The translations under genes and the position numbers were made by a program. 64,000 bases of DNA from a virus. Taxonomy: Duplodnaviria; Heunggongvirae; Uroviricota; Caudoviricetes. Location: IMG/VR virus record IMGVR_UViG_3300017971_007904; one strand, written 5' to 3'. How positions within the stretch are numbered: the stretch's first letter is position 1; the number at the start of each line of letters is the position of its first letter. Shown here piece after piece: positions 1 to 9,476 of the stretch. The notes below the pieces were generated by a model. That model saw nothing but the letters and a program-made list of their open reading frames with translations, was not told the DNA's origin and did not search any database.

Positions 1-684
1 TCATGGTGCCAAATCTAAGGTGGCCGCTTGTCTGATACCTGCGGCAAATTGGTTGCGTTTGTGATCTGGAATGTCTGGGAGCACCTTTGCTAGGATATCT
101 GCTAGCTCTTCTACGCTCATATCGGCGATCTCCTCAGTACCCAGTTGGGCCCGCATACCCAACTTGTTTCTCAGGCTGTCGATGTAGGATTTTGTCCACT
201 CATCTTGATTGAGGGGCACCCCTGGCTCACGAGGTTCGTCTGGTTGGGCTTTACTTAATGCGGCCATAATTGCCTTCGCACCGATAGCGATACGATCAGG
301 TTCGATGTTTTTGGCTTGATCGGTAAGGGTACCCAGCGCTTCATCTCTATCGACAATCTCTACTCTGTCGATGTCATCTTTGTAGAAGATGTCCGGAGAA
401 GCCATTTTCCCCGATAAGGCTTTTGTGAGGTTGAACGCTTTGAAATGGGCTTGTTCAAACCCTAGATCGATATCATCATCATCGCTAGGATTCTTCATCC
501 GGGCGAAGGTGACTCGCTGGGGTTCATGAGTGGCGTAGATATCGCCCTCGAACTTGAAGTAGAAGACAAAATTCTGGCCATCAACAAGCAAACGGATGTG
601 ATTATCCCGTTTTTCTTGGATACAGACGGCATCCCACTTGTCGAGGAGTTCACGAAATTCATTACCTACGGGTGTTCGCCACAC
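1..684 (-). CDS. hypothetical protein (GTG start)
   Basis: 227-aa ORF; GGGAGA Shine-Dalgarno 6 nt upstream of GTG at 684; no recognisable motif. Confidence 0.45.
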   Translation of the reverse strand: MWRTPVGNEFRELLDKWDAVCIQEKRDNHIRLLVDGQNFVFYFKFEGDIYATHEPQRVTFARMKNPSDDDDIDLGFEQAHFKAFNLTKALSGKMASPDIFYKDDIDRVEIVDRDEALGTLTDQAKNIEPDRIAIGAKAIMAALSKAQPDEPREPGVPLNQDEWTKSYIDSLRNKLGMRAQLGTEEIADMSVEELADILAKVLPDIPDHKRNQFAAGIRQAATLDLAP

Positions 685-1143
685 AGTTCTTCTCCCATTA
701 TCAAACCTATCGTAGTATATACCTGTATGAGGTGTAAATTGCTTAAAAGCATCAATGAGTGGATGGAAGACGTTGAGAAATCCAAGAAGCCGAGCTTCGG
801 CGATTGGATGACGAGAGAGTTCGGCGTCGAGGATAAAGATTTCGCTGATATAGGCGACATTTGGCTGGCGAACACACTGTTGAAACCTGACGGCTCTGAC
901 GAGGAGATAGAAATCAAACGGCCCACGCTCTTTACGCTCTCAAGGAACGACGATGGCACTGTGTATAAACTGGTAGTTCAAGGTAAACCCGATCCTAGTG
1001 ATCCTAGAAAAGCGGCCTTTCCGCACGCTGCGGAAAGCCCGTATCACGGTAAGGAGTTCACCCTCACCAAGGATGAGTACGAGAAGTTGATAATGCCTGT
1101 TGCTCGCCAAGGTGGCGGACCAGGGCTAGGGCTTGGAATTTAG
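526..1143 (+). CDS. hypothetical protein (start uncertain: 526 or internal ATG 727)
   Basis: 205-aa ORF ending 8 nt before the REC-PAS gene; 459 nt of it lie outside any other ORF; overlaps the minus ORF 1..684 by ~160 nt if the 526 start is used. Confidence 0.4.
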   Translation: MSGVDIALELEVEDKILAINKQTDVIIPFFLDTDGIPLVEEFTKFITYGCSPHSSSPIIKPIVVYTCMRCKLLKSINEWMEDVEKSKKPSFGDWMTREFGVEDKDFADIGDIWLANTLLKPDGSDEEIEIKRPTLFTLSRNDDGTVYKLVVQGKPDPSDPRKAAFPHAAESPYHGKEFTLTKDEYEKLIMPVARQGGGPGLGLGI

Positions 1144-1151
1144 GAGGCAGA

Positions 1152-2012
1152 ATGGGGATGGCGTGCAATAAGAGATTGTTATTGCTCATAGCTGATTATG
1201 ATGAAGAGGAGCGGACGATGCTCGTGGAATATCTTCGTCCGATAAGTGCCAAGATCAAGGAGACGGATTCGGGGGAGGAGACGATTGCGCTCCTACAACA
1301 AGAACCTTTCGATTGTCTGATCACAGATTACATCCTTCCGGATTATGATGCCGTCGCCCTAATCGAGGACATCAAGAAGCTGGGAGTGAAAGTGCCCATC
1401 GTGGTTATTACGAAGAACGGGGACGAGATGACCGCTGTGAGCGTTATGAAGGCCGGGGCACATGACTACATCCCAAAAAGTAAGCTCAGTCCCGAAACGC
1501 TAACCCGTGGTGTCACCTCAGCCATCCGTTTCCAGAAATCGGCGGAAGAGGCGAACTTCTACCGGGATTTCTACGATACGGCACCAGTTGGTTTCTACAT
1601 GACGACGGTGGAGGACGGTACCTTCATCAAGGCAAATCAGCAGTGTGTGAAGATGTTCGGATACCGAACCTTCGAGCAGATGAAGGCGGATGTGAAGACT
1701 TCCGAGTTGTACTCCAAAGAACGTCGTTCAGAACTGATTGACCTGTTGAGAACTTGGGGGCAAGTAGGTCGCTTCGAGATCAAAATGATCCTCAAAGATG
1801 GTAGTGTGAAATATTTCCTGGTATCCGCCAAACTTTGTGATGACTTTGGTTGCGACTTGTGTTCTAAGGATCAGTGCATTAGGGGATCGATTATGGATAT
1901 AACTGATCAACGCATGTTGGAATTGCAACTCGATGAGTATAAGCAACAACAGCTTGAGAACATCAAGCATCTACGAGAATCCATTGAAATTAGGTTAGCA
2001 GAAGCGGTATAG
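1152..2012 (+). CDS. stand-alone response-regulator receiver (REC) domain fused to a PAS domain
   Basis: N-terminal CheY-like receiver sequence (LLLIADYDEEE...DCLITDYILPDYD...KVPIVVITKNGD...KAGAHDYIPK); C-terminal PAS-like fold (FYDTAPVGFYMTTVEDGTFIKANQQCVKMFGY...KDGSVKYFLVSAK); SD AGGAGG upstream. Confidence 0.8.
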   Translation: MGMACNKRLLLLIADYDEEERTMLVEYLRPISAKIKETDSGEETIALLQQEPFDCLITDYILPDYDAVALIEDIKKLGVKVPIVVITKNGDEMTAVSVMKAGAHDYIPKSKLSPETLTRGVTSAIRFQKSAEEANFYRDFYDTAPVGFYMTTVEDGTFIKANQQCVKMFGYRTFEQMKADVKTSELYSKERRSELIDLLRTWGQVGRFEIKMILKDGSVKYFLVSAKLCDDFGCDLCSKDQCIRGSIMDITDQRMLELQLDEYKQQQLENIKHLRESIEIRLAEAV

Positions 2013-2014
2013 AT

Positions 2015-2485
2015 ATGCGGTTTGCTGAATGGTTGCATAATATTGAAGAGAACAAGAAGCGAATGTCAGGCGGCGGTGGCGGCTCCTCTGGAGGCGGCGG
2101 TGCCGGTGGTGGTGGATCGGCTGGCGGCGGCGCAGCAGGCGGTGCTGCTGGTGGCTCTTCAGGTTCCTCAAGTAGCTCCTCAGGAGGAAGCGGCGGTGGT
2201 AATGGTGGCCCGTCAGCGGCCAGTACTTCCACAACGTCTGCTAACGGTAATGGCAACGGTTCAGATGGCGATGGTGACGGTGACGCCGGTGACGCCGGTG
2301 ACGGCGACGAGGATGGCGCAACCACTACGAAAGATATTGCCCGACGTTACCATTACTGGCCCGGTGTCTTTGCTCCCTTTTGGCGTCCTCTGAGGACCGG
2401 AAAAGAGGGTAAGCGTAAGAAGAAAAAGAAGGAGTGCAAATGGGGTCGCAAGAACGATGGGAAGTGCCGCAAGAAACCTAAGTGA
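2015..2485 (+). CDS. Gly/Ser-rich intrinsically disordered protein with aromatic motif and Lys-rich C-terminus
   Basis: Starts 3 nt after previous stop; long G/S/A low-complexity tract, then YHYWPGVFAPFWRPL and KRKKKKKECKWGRK tail; the antisense Pro-rich ORF 1990..2325 is judged its shadow. Confidence 0.45.
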   Translation: MRFAEWLHNIEENKKRMSGGGGGSSGGGGAGGGGSAGGGAAGGAAGGSSGSSSSSSGGSGGGNGGPSAASTSTTSANGNGNGSDGDGDGDAGDAGDGDEDGATTTKDIARRYHYWPGVFAPFWRPLRTGKEGKRKKKKKECKWGRKNDGKCRKKPK

Positions 2486-2669
2486 CTTCGTCTAGCTTCA
2501 TAACAATAAAGTTTTCCTTCAAATGTTCCATTCCGATAAGTCTCAGGTGATCAAAGAGGTCGAGTAAAGCTTCATCAGCCTCTTGTTTACTCATTGTATA
2601 CCAAGTCCCTACTTTAGGATGCGTTAGGACTCGTTTACTCTCTTTGTTGTAGAGTGTATACCCGGTCAT
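2478..2669 (-). CDS. hypothetical small protein
   Basis: 63-aa ORF with 4-nt overlap to the upstream minus-strand gene. Confidence 0.4.
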   Translation of the reverse strand: MTGYTLYNKESKRVLTHPKVGTWYTMSKQEADEALLDLFDHLRLIGMEHLKENFIVMKLDEVT

Positions 2670-3001
2670 ACTGTTGGTACCTGTTGCCCAGTAGTTGGTT
2701 GCACCGTTCCTGTGCCCGTGCTTAACGCCCCTGTCTTACCAGCGCCTTGTTGTAGTTGAGTTAGCCTATCCTGTAATTTCTTTTGTAGGGCCTGAATGTC
2801 TACGTCGGTGACTTTCGACGCTTCCTCTTCACCCTGTTGGTAGAGCCGTTGTTTTGACGTACCAGGAGGTGCTTTCGATGCTTGGTTTAGCTTATCTAAT
2901 GCACTGCTAATTTGTTGAGACATCGCAGCGGTGGTTGCTTCGGGGCCCTGGATATTAGGGTTGGCTAGCTCTCTTAGCTGGAAATATTCTTCAAAAGTCA
3001 T
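2666..3001 (-). CDS. hypothetical protein
   Basis: 111-aa ORF in the minus-strand gene block. Confidence 0.5.
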   Translation of the reverse strand: MTFEEYFQLRELANPNIQGPEATTAAMSQQISSALDKLNQASKAPPGTSKQRLYQQGEEEASKVTDVDIQALQKKLQDRLTQLQQGAGKTGALSTGTGTVQPTTGQQVPTV

Positions 3002-3034
3002 TGTTTGGCCTCATTTACACCGGATTCACAGTAT

Positions 3035-3361
3035 TTAGGGACCCTTCCATATTTCTTCGCCATTATCGAAGAAGTGGACTACCTCTCCACCAGTACTTTT
3101 GTACTTGCCCTCGATGACGATTTCGCCCGCATGTATGCGCCTGTGACAGTGACAACAGATGCAAAGTGTGTTGTGTTTGCGGTATTTACCACCTTCGGTG
3201 GCTGGGACGATGCGATGGACATCAAGAACATCGTAATTAGACTCGCCACATAACTGGCAAGCCTTCTCGATTCGCTTTCGACACTGTTGAAAAGACAATC
3301 TCTTTTTCACTTCCGTACTCCGTCTTAACAGAGTGCGGAGGTCAAAGTCTATGGAGACCAA
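3035..3361 (-). CDS. HNH homing endonuclease
   Basis: CQLCG...LDVHRIVP...HN..CICCHCHRRIH matches the HNH Cys/His/Asn signature. Confidence 0.8.
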   Translation of the reverse strand: MVSIDFDLRTLLRRSTEVKKRLSFQQCRKRIEKACQLCGESNYDVLDVHRIVPATEGGKYRKHNTLCICCHCHRRIHAGEIVIEGKYKSTGGEVVHFFDNGEEIWKGP

Positions 3362-3762
3362 TACTCAAAAAGAGATGCGTCATAGATGGGGAGGTCTGAA
3401 ACATCAGTAGACTCCTCTGGGGAGTCCTCTGGAGACTTCTCTGGCGGCTCCGGTCGCTTTGTATTAACGGTTTTGAGTTCCGAGAGGGCTTCCTTGTAGA
3501 TTCTGGCGATCTCTTGGTTCATCATTTCCACAGGAGACTCGTAACCGGCGATAAAAGCGTCTTCGAGCATCTTCTTCAATTTCTTCGGGGAGAGGATGTA
3601 CTGATCCATGGGTTGCTCCTTTTTAACCGGCAAGGTTTCTCTGGTGGTATCAGAGCTATAACAGCTAGAAGAAGTCGCAGAATAGTTGGAATAAGTTCCG
3701 TAATTGGAGTAAGGCGAGCCCAATGCAGAAGAAGTTGTGCTTATTGGAATATACTTAGGCAT
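3349..3762 (-). CDS. hypothetical protein (Ser/Tyr-rich N-terminus)
   Basis: 137-aa ORF overlapping its neighbours by a few nt in an operon-like arrangement. Confidence 0.45.
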   Translation of the reverse strand: MPKYIPISTTSSALGSPYSNYGTYSNYSATSSSCYSSDTTRETLPVKKEQPMDQYILSPKKLKKMLEDAFIAGYESPVEMMNQEIARIYKEALSELKTVNTKRPEPPEKSPEDSPEESTDVSDLPIYDASLFEYWSP

Positions 3763-4345
3763 CGATCTCTTTCTCCTTTACCTGTTCTAGGTTGACGCCC
3801 GCCATGCGGAACAAACCCCGGCTTGATTTACTATAGTCAGCCGCCGTTTGGAGACATACGACCTTGGCAATCTTAGCTTGAATGATCTGAATAGCACATT
3901 CATGACAAGGAACACCACAGTAGCAGTACATCGTCGAACCAACCGTGCTTACGCCCGATTGGTTCGCCGATGCGAGGGCATTTCGTTCTGCATGAGCACA
4001 CGGACAGAGGTCGAGTCGCTCCCCTGAGGGGACGCCCATAATTCGTCTGGGGCAAACTTTTTTTCCTTCATAGGCTTCGAGGAACTGTTCGAGATTGTTG
4101 ACCTTTTGAAGTTTCAGGAAGTTCTTATCGTCACCCGTTAGGAGTTCTTCCCACATGTAGGTTAGGTATTCAGCAGAATCCGGATGTGGTACCTTCTCCG
4201 CAGCGCCGTTGTACCCTAACGAAATGATGCGATTATGCTTACTGACGAGTACAACGCCTATTTTGCGTGAATAGCATGCGTCGTTATCATCAGCTAGTGT
4301 TCGTGCTAGCTTCAGGTACTTCTTAGTCCACTTATTCATACTCAT
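3755..4345 (-). CDS. dCMP (deoxycytidylate) deaminase
   Basis: Intact zinc-deaminase motifs CAHAERNAL (HAE) and PCHEC (PCxxC); GYNG motif. Confidence 0.8.
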   Translation of the reverse strand: MSMNKWTKKYLKLARTLADDNDACYSRKIGVVLVSKHNRIISLGYNGAAEKVPHPDSAEYLTYMWEELLTGDDKNFLKLQKVNNLEQFLEAYEGKKVCPRRIMGVPSGERLDLCPCAHAERNALASANQSGVSTVGSTMYCYCGVPCHECAIQIIQAKIAKVVCLQTAADYSKSSRGLFRMAGVNLEQVKEKEIDA

Positions 4346-5322
4346 TCCTTTCCGAGAACCTTCTTAAGTGATGAAGTCATATAGAATTGCCCTCCGGTTT
4401 CGTACCATGTCTCTTCGTACATGCGACTGAAGTCCTTGATATCATCTACTGCCGCCTTGATGATACCGCCTCTCGACCCGATTAGGTCAGCGCAGGATAC
4501 GATCCAGGCTTCATTAGTCATGGGCTCAGCAGCGGCTCCGAACTCTCTTCGGGTGTGATGGCTGGCTACGATGTGACTCACCTCCCTCACGAACCAGTCA
4601 TCTGTTTGGAGCTTCCTGGCCACAAGCTGAATAAAGTTAAGACCTTTACAAGCATGACCAATGAGTGTTTCTTCGGGTCGATAGGCGGGTTGTCCGACAT
4701 CATTGATGGTGTAGGTGAATACTTTGCCGATATCATGTAGGGAGGCTCCTGCAAATACGACATCGCCGCTAAGTTGTTCTTTCCAGGGGAAGTATTCCAC
4801 GATACCCTTACAGATGTTTAACACTTCTGCCGTGTGGATGATGAGCCCCCCTTGGTAAGCGTGGTGAACTTTCTTTCCTGCTGGGCACTTCAACCACTCT
4901 TCCTTATGAATCCCTAAGCATGCTGCGACAAATTGGAAGTGTCGTTCATCGGCATAAAGGCTTTGGTCCATGATAGTCTTGTATGCTTCGGCGATATCTT
5001 CTTCCTCTGCTTTCGGGACCGCCAGAAGTATTTCGAGAATCTCGGGAGGAAGCTCGCTTCTATCGACACGTTGGAACATACCTGGGTCGAAGCTGATATC
5101 GTTATATTGGCCACCACGGTTATCACGCACGCCTTTGGTGTCGGTGTTGAAGCGAATAACTTCCCCCAATCTTGGGACATCTTCTTTGTCGGGATTCACA
5201 ATACCCCACATTGTGACTTTTACCTTCTTGTCTTTGTATGTTTGCAACATAAGCTGCCAGAAGGTAGTGCTTGGGAGTTTTTTGAAGTCTTCGTGTGTTA
5301 CGAGTCCAAGTATCTCACTCAT
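4342..5322 (-). CDS. HD-domain metal-dependent phosphohydrolase
   Basis: His (LIIHTAEV) ... HD (ASLHDIGK) ... downstream His/Asp pattern typical of the HD superfamily. Confidence 0.7.
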   Translation of the reverse strand: MSEILGLVTHEDFKKLPSTTFWQLMLQTYKDKKVKVTMWGIVNPDKEDVPRLGEVIRFNTDTKGVRDNRGGQYNDISFDPGMFQRVDRSELPPEILEILLAVPKAEEEDIAEAYKTIMDQSLYADERHFQFVAACLGIHKEEWLKCPAGKKVHHAYQGGLIIHTAEVLNICKGIVEYFPWKEQLSGDVVFAGASLHDIGKVFTYTINDVGQPAYRPEETLIGHACKGLNFIQLVARKLQTDDWFVREVSHIVASHHTRREFGAAAEPMTNEAWIVSCADLIGSRGGIIKAAVDDIKDFSRMYEETWYETGGQFYMTSSLKKVLGKE

Positions 5323-5563
5323 TGTTTTCCTCGTTGTCTGTAAAGATGTTACATATCTCCTGCTTCCAGGCGGTGTCGACGGTGCCTAGGAACTCGCATA
5401 GGACGACGGAGGTACCGGACCACCAGAAAGCGATAGCTTCAGGCGCAGCCCAAGCAAGATTTTGCTTACTTTCTTCAAGTGCGGCTGCCAAGTCTTCTTG
5501 ATACTCGAAGTCGTCAGGGATGAGGGGAATGATTCGGTCGATCACGTTTTGTAGGTTTCGCAT
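5315..5563 (-). CDS. hypothetical small protein
   Basis: 82-aa ORF overlapping the hldE 3' end by 50 nt. Confidence 0.35.
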   Translation of the reverse strand: MRNLQNVIDRIIPLIPDDFEYQEDLAAALEESKQNLAWAAPEAIAFWWSGTSVVLCEFLGTVDTAWKQEICNIFTDNEENNE

Positions 5564-6989
5564 CTTTGATCTTTTCTATCGTTTTGGTTGTCGAAAAGTC
5601 CTCTAATAAAGGGCATATGATAACCTCATCCACGAGGTTACCCCCTATTACTTTATCGGCATGATAGTCCCCTCCCTTTACCAAAATCTCCATGGGAGAG
5701 AGATTTCTGATCAAATTGTACACATCACCATCGAAAGGTACGACAAAGTCAACATGCTGCATAGAAGCGATAAGCCGCATTCTTTCATCAAGTGACTTAA
5801 TCGGTTTATCTGCGCCTTTCAAACGTTTGACGTTAGCATCGCTATCGATACCAACGATTAAGATATCGCCTTGTGCCTTAGCAAACTCCAGAACCCTGAG
5901 ATGCCCTTGGTGAAGTAGATCGAAGCAACCGTTTGTAAAAACCTTGGTGCCTCGCAATGTATCAAGATGTGGACCTAACCACTTGGCGTTGTTGAAAATC
6001 TTCGCTTCTATCGGGTCAATATGAGCGTGTAGTTCCCAAGGTGTTACAGGGTCGGTGTGTTTCTTCTGGACAAAGATGGATGAGGCGTGATTGGCGATAA
6101 TGGCTGACTCTTGGAAGTCGAAGTTCAATGCGTATGCCATTGCATAAACCGCAGCAAAGCAATCCCCCGCTCCGCTGTAACCTAATGGGTGACCAACCAC
6201 TGGCTTGTCCGACTTGTATGAAAGGGGAGGTTTCTTAGGAAGGTACGTTTGGACACCATCTGCGCCTTGTGTGATAACTAGTGCCTCGCAACGCACCTCA
6301 CTGAGAATATCCTCGTTGTAACCATTGATAGTTCGGCAGAAGTCTTCTGCTTCTTTTGCATTAGGTTTGAAGATGGTACAGTTCAACCATTGATCTATAG
6401 GTTCCAACTTGGGATCAACTAGTGTGGGCACACCATACTCGCTGCATAGCTCGATCAGGTCTTGGGCCATAGTTTCGTAGAACAAACCTTTGCCATAGTC
6501 GCTGAGTATGATGATATCGGGGTCTGATCCATAGACATACTTCTCAAATTTCTCAACGAGTTGTTTGCGAGCTTTGATAAGTGGGGCCCACTCGGGATCA
6601 TAGGATTCGATATCCCATCGGCATAGCGGTAGGTCTTTGTCGAAGAACCGTCGCTTCCTAGGTGTTTGATAGCCAAATGTTATGAGGTCGCACTTGAATC
6701 CAAAATCATGCAAAAGGCTTGCGGCGTTCTTATCGGTGATACCGAACAGGGTACAATCGACGTTAAATCCCGCAAATTGATACGCCACATTCGCAGCCCC
6801 GCCCGGTAATGTCATGGTGGGTTCTTGCACTTCAGACGCCAGAACAGGTATGGGAAATTCTGGGCTAATACGATTTACTGCGACCTGATAGAATTGGTCA
6901 AGCAACACATCGCCAACGACGGCGATCTTGAGTTTTTCGTCCTCTTGAGTGTTAAGGAACTCGTGGATAAGCGAAGTGATATTTCTCAT
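5514..6989 (-). CDS. hldE: bifunctional D-beta-D-heptose 7-phosphate kinase / D-beta-D-heptose 1-phosphate adenylyltransferase (ADP-heptose synthase)
   Basis: N-terminal pfkB/ribokinase-like domain (LAVVGDVLLDQF...GAGDCF) plus C-terminal cytidylyltransferase motif (FTNGCFDLLHQGHLRVLEFAK); 491 aa, matching HldE/RfaE size. Confidence 0.85.
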   Translation of the reverse strand: MRNITSLIHEFLNTQEDEKLKIAVVGDVLLDQFYQVAVNRISPEFPIPVLASEVQEPTMTLPGGAANVAYQFAGFNVDCTLFGITDKNAASLLHDFGFKCDLITFGYQTPRKRRFFDKDLPLCRWDIESYDPEWAPLIKARKQLVEKFEKYVYGSDPDIIILSDYGKGLFYETMAQDLIELCSEYGVPTLVDPKLEPIDQWLNCTIFKPNAKEAEDFCRTINGYNEDILSEVRCEALVITQGADGVQTYLPKKPPLSYKSDKPVVGHPLGYSGAGDCFAAVYAMAYALNFDFQESAIIANHASSIFVQKKHTDPVTPWELHAHIDPIEAKIFNNAKWLGPHLDTLRGTKVFTNGCFDLLHQGHLRVLEFAKAQGDILIVGIDSDANVKRLKGADKPIKSLDERMRLIASMQHVDFVVPFDGDVYNLIRNLSPMEILVKGGDYHADKVIGGNLVDEVIICPLLEDFSTTKTIEKIKDAKPTKRDRPNHSPHP

Positions 6990-7016
6990 ACCGTTAACAA
7001 AGTAACGGTGTTATTA

Positions 7017-7316
7017 TTATTCGCCTAGCACGAGATCGAGGAGTGCATAGTATGTATCGGAGATCAACTTGATACGATTAACCGGTGATCGAAATCGCCA
7101 CAACCATGATTTCTCTAGCAGACCGATTGCTTGTTGAAGAATCACAAAGTTGATCTTATTTTCTTCGAGGCTAATCTCTGAACGCTTCCATTGTTGAATC
7201 AAATCAGCAGGAATTGCGCCGCCCACGATAGCTTCGTGTTCGCCTCCGTAATCCTCATCGTACTCAAAATGTTGGTCTTCGTCTCCGAAAAAGTCACCCT
7301 CTCCAAATCTTTTCAT
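7017..7316 (-). CDS. hypothetical acidic protein
   Basis: 99-aa ORF adjacent to hldE. Confidence 0.45.
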   Translation of the reverse strand: MKRFGEGDFFGDEDQHFEYDEDYGGEHEAIVGGAIPADLIQQWKRSEISLEENKINFVILQQAIGLLEKSWLWRFRSPVNRIKLISDTYYALLDLVLGE

Positions 7317-8080
7317 TATTTAACCATTTGATAGGTGTATCTCATTTGTTGCCACAGTTTCACTACCTGTAGCTCATCTGCCGAGAGGTCTGCGTTCTTA
7401 ACGAACTCACTCACCTGGGCAAATGGAGCCTGTAACGTCTTACTGCGAATCCATTCATCTTTTACGAAAAGACCGAATTTGTTATAACGGGTGAAGACGC
7501 CCATCTCGGAGGTTTCGGACTTACAACAAAGTTGTGATATCATATCAGGAGGTCCCATGACGGATTCCATCATCTTCATCACGGCTTGTTTATCATCCTT
7601 ATTTTCATTCCAAAACTCTCCAAAGGTATTTAGTGCTTTAACGAACCTTTCATTGTCACCACTTTTGAAGTACCATAATGGGTCGCAAACACCGAATGTA
7701 ATGTTCGGATCATTGAGTTGTTCTAACACGTCTTTTGAAAGTGATCTCACCGCCATTACATCGGGGTCAATTACAAGAAGGGGCTCTTGTACGAAGCCCT
7801 CTTTCAGAGCAATACAAGTGGCGTAGAGTTTGTTCAGCGCCGGACAGTTGTGTTTGTTTCCTAAATTTTCATGCTGAAAGAAGCGGATGCCGCATCGGTA
7901 AGGCCAGTTGAAGGATAGCTGACTTCCTGTGAAGTTGCGGGAGCACAGCACACTTACCTCAGCGTCCGGTAGATGTTGATATATCGAAAACCACGAGGCA
8001 AATGCCATCCAATCCTGGTGTTGCGAGTAATCGCAAGACAGTAGTATATTGAGCCGGTCGCCGCCTGATGTAATTTCCAT
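7316..8080 (-). CDS. hypothetical protein
   Basis: 254-aa ORF, first gene of the leftward block. Confidence 0.55.
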   Translation of the reverse strand: MEITSGGDRLNILLSCDYSQHQDWMAFASWFSIYQHLPDAEVSVLCSRNFTGSQLSFNWPYRCGIRFFQHENLGNKHNCPALNKLYATCIALKEGFVQEPLLVIDPDVMAVRSLSKDVLEQLNDPNITFGVCDPLWYFKSGDNERFVKALNTFGEFWNENKDDKQAVMKMMESVMGPPDMISQLCCKSETSEMGVFTRYNKFGLFVKDEWIRSKTLQAPFAQVSEFVKNADLSADELQVVKLWQQMRYTYQMVK

Positions 8081-8191
8081 GCCTTAATATAGTGTGGTCG
8101 TCAGGGTCTTCGGGCAAATTAGTCTTGCCCCAGTTTTACTATGAAAGTACACTGACTGGCTGACACACTGACACAAACTAAGAGGTTTATC
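8081..8191. promoter_or_regulatory. divergent intergenic/promoter region between leftward and rightward gene blocks
   Basis: 111-nt gap between divergent starts; AGAGG SD before the ATG at 8192. Confidence 0.4.
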
Positions 8192-8635
8192 ATGTCCGAA
8201 GAGCCATTGCGAGAGAAGTTAAGCGAACAATTTCTGGAAGATTGGTCGCCTGATGATGCTCAGGTCCTTTCCATGTTAGACGGAAGCGTTCAATCACAAG
8301 GTCTCGCAGTCAGTCACCGGGATTGGCTTGATATGGGTTCTGAAAGTTGGGGTGACACTCCCGACAATGTAAAAGCCGCAGCATATCAAGCCGCACACCT
8401 TACTGGCTGGGATGATGCTCGACTACGACAGATAATGCTTCACGCCTACACACATCTGACCGACCATCTAATGGATACGACAATGGAATGTCTCCGTGGC
8501 TTGGCTATGAAGTTTCCTCTTCACGTCGAAGCCGATTCTGAGAAACCGGTTGAGGTTGAAATTCGTCGTGGCTTGCAACAAGTCAAAGAGATACGTGACG
8601 AAGACGCCGATGCCGAACAAGCCGAAGCAAAGTGA
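8192..8635 (+). CDS. hypothetical acidic protein
   Basis: 147-aa ORF with SD; first gene of the rightward operon. Confidence 0.55.
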   Translation: MSEEPLREKLSEQFLEDWSPDDAQVLSMLDGSVQSQGLAVSHRDWLDMGSESWGDTPDNVKAAAYQAAHLTGWDDARLRQIMLHAYTHLTDHLMDTTMECLRGLAMKFPLHVEADSEKPVEVEIRRGLQQVKEIRDEDADAEQAEAK

Positions 8636-8644
8636 GGATATGCC

Positions 8645-9463
8645 ATGGCCCGCCGCAGAAAAGTAGTGATAGGTTGTACGGAACCTTCATATTTCACCAA
8701 CGATGTCATTCGGATGATCGAGTTGTTCTACAAAGCCAACCCCATCAAACTTTGTCAGAACGACAGCACAAACCTGAGATACTGGCTCGATCAATGTGAT
8801 GCCGTCATCCTTTCGGGAGGAAAGGACATTCATCCACGCTGCTATGGCTTCTCGGTGATGAATGAATATGGTTACAGCAACTTCGATGTTGATCGTGACC
8901 ATCGTGAGATACGGATCATCAACTATTGCTTCAAGAAAAAGAAGCCGATGTTTGGTATCTGTCGGGGGCACCAAATGTTAGGTATTCGTCACAAGGTCAG
9001 GTTTATTCCCGATCTTTCCGGTGGCGTTGTTTGCCACCAACCGATGGCGCAGAAAATCAGTCACGATAGGAATGAGCCCATGCACTGGGTTCAACTCCTC
9101 AAAGACGCCGACAAGAAGTTCCAGGTCGAAGACCCGGATGCAAAGTCCCTTCCTTCTCGGCGTGCATCAGATACGCATTGGCTCTGGGTGAACTCTTTCC
9201 ACCACCAGGGCTTGTACTACGAAGAGGGTGAGAACGATCTCGTCGAGGTACTTGGTATTACCTCTGGTACTCGCAAGCACCAGATCATCGAACTCATGCG
9301 TGGAAAGAAGAATCCGTGGTTGTCATGTCAATGGCATCCCGAGTACGACTGGGAGTTCAACGCCGCCTCCCGAATGGTTTTGACTCGCTTCGCCGAGATG
9401 ATTAAAGGGTCACTGGCAAAACCCCCGGTCGACAAAAGGGCTGCCGCCATAACCAAGAGATAA
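8645..9463 (+). CDS. class-I glutamine amidotransferase-like / peptidase C26 (gamma-glutamyl hydrolase-like) protein
   Basis: Nucleophile elbow FGICRGHQMLG and downstream WHPEYD (His-Pro-Glu) consistent with a GATase1 Cys-His-Glu triad. Confidence 0.75.
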   Translation: MARRRKVVIGCTEPSYFTNDVIRMIELFYKANPIKLCQNDSTNLRYWLDQCDAVILSGGKDIHPRCYGFSVMNEYGYSNFDVDRDHREIRIINYCFKKKKPMFGICRGHQMLGIRHKVRFIPDLSGGVVCHQPMAQKISHDRNEPMHWVQLLKDADKKFQVEDPDAKSLPSRRASDTHWLWVNSFHHQGLYYEEGENDLVEVLGITSGTRKHQIIELMRGKKNPWLSCQWHPEYDWEFNAASRMVLTRFAEMIKGSLAKPPVDKRAAAITKR

Positions 9464-9476
9464 GGAGAAACGTGAG

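Noticed and set aside
1990-2325. Pro-rich 111-aa ORF antisense to the Gly-rich gene
   Set aside because: This is a GC-rich low-complexity region where both strands are open. The plus-strand frame is preferred because it starts 3 nt after the upstream gene and has structured termini. The choice remains uncertain.
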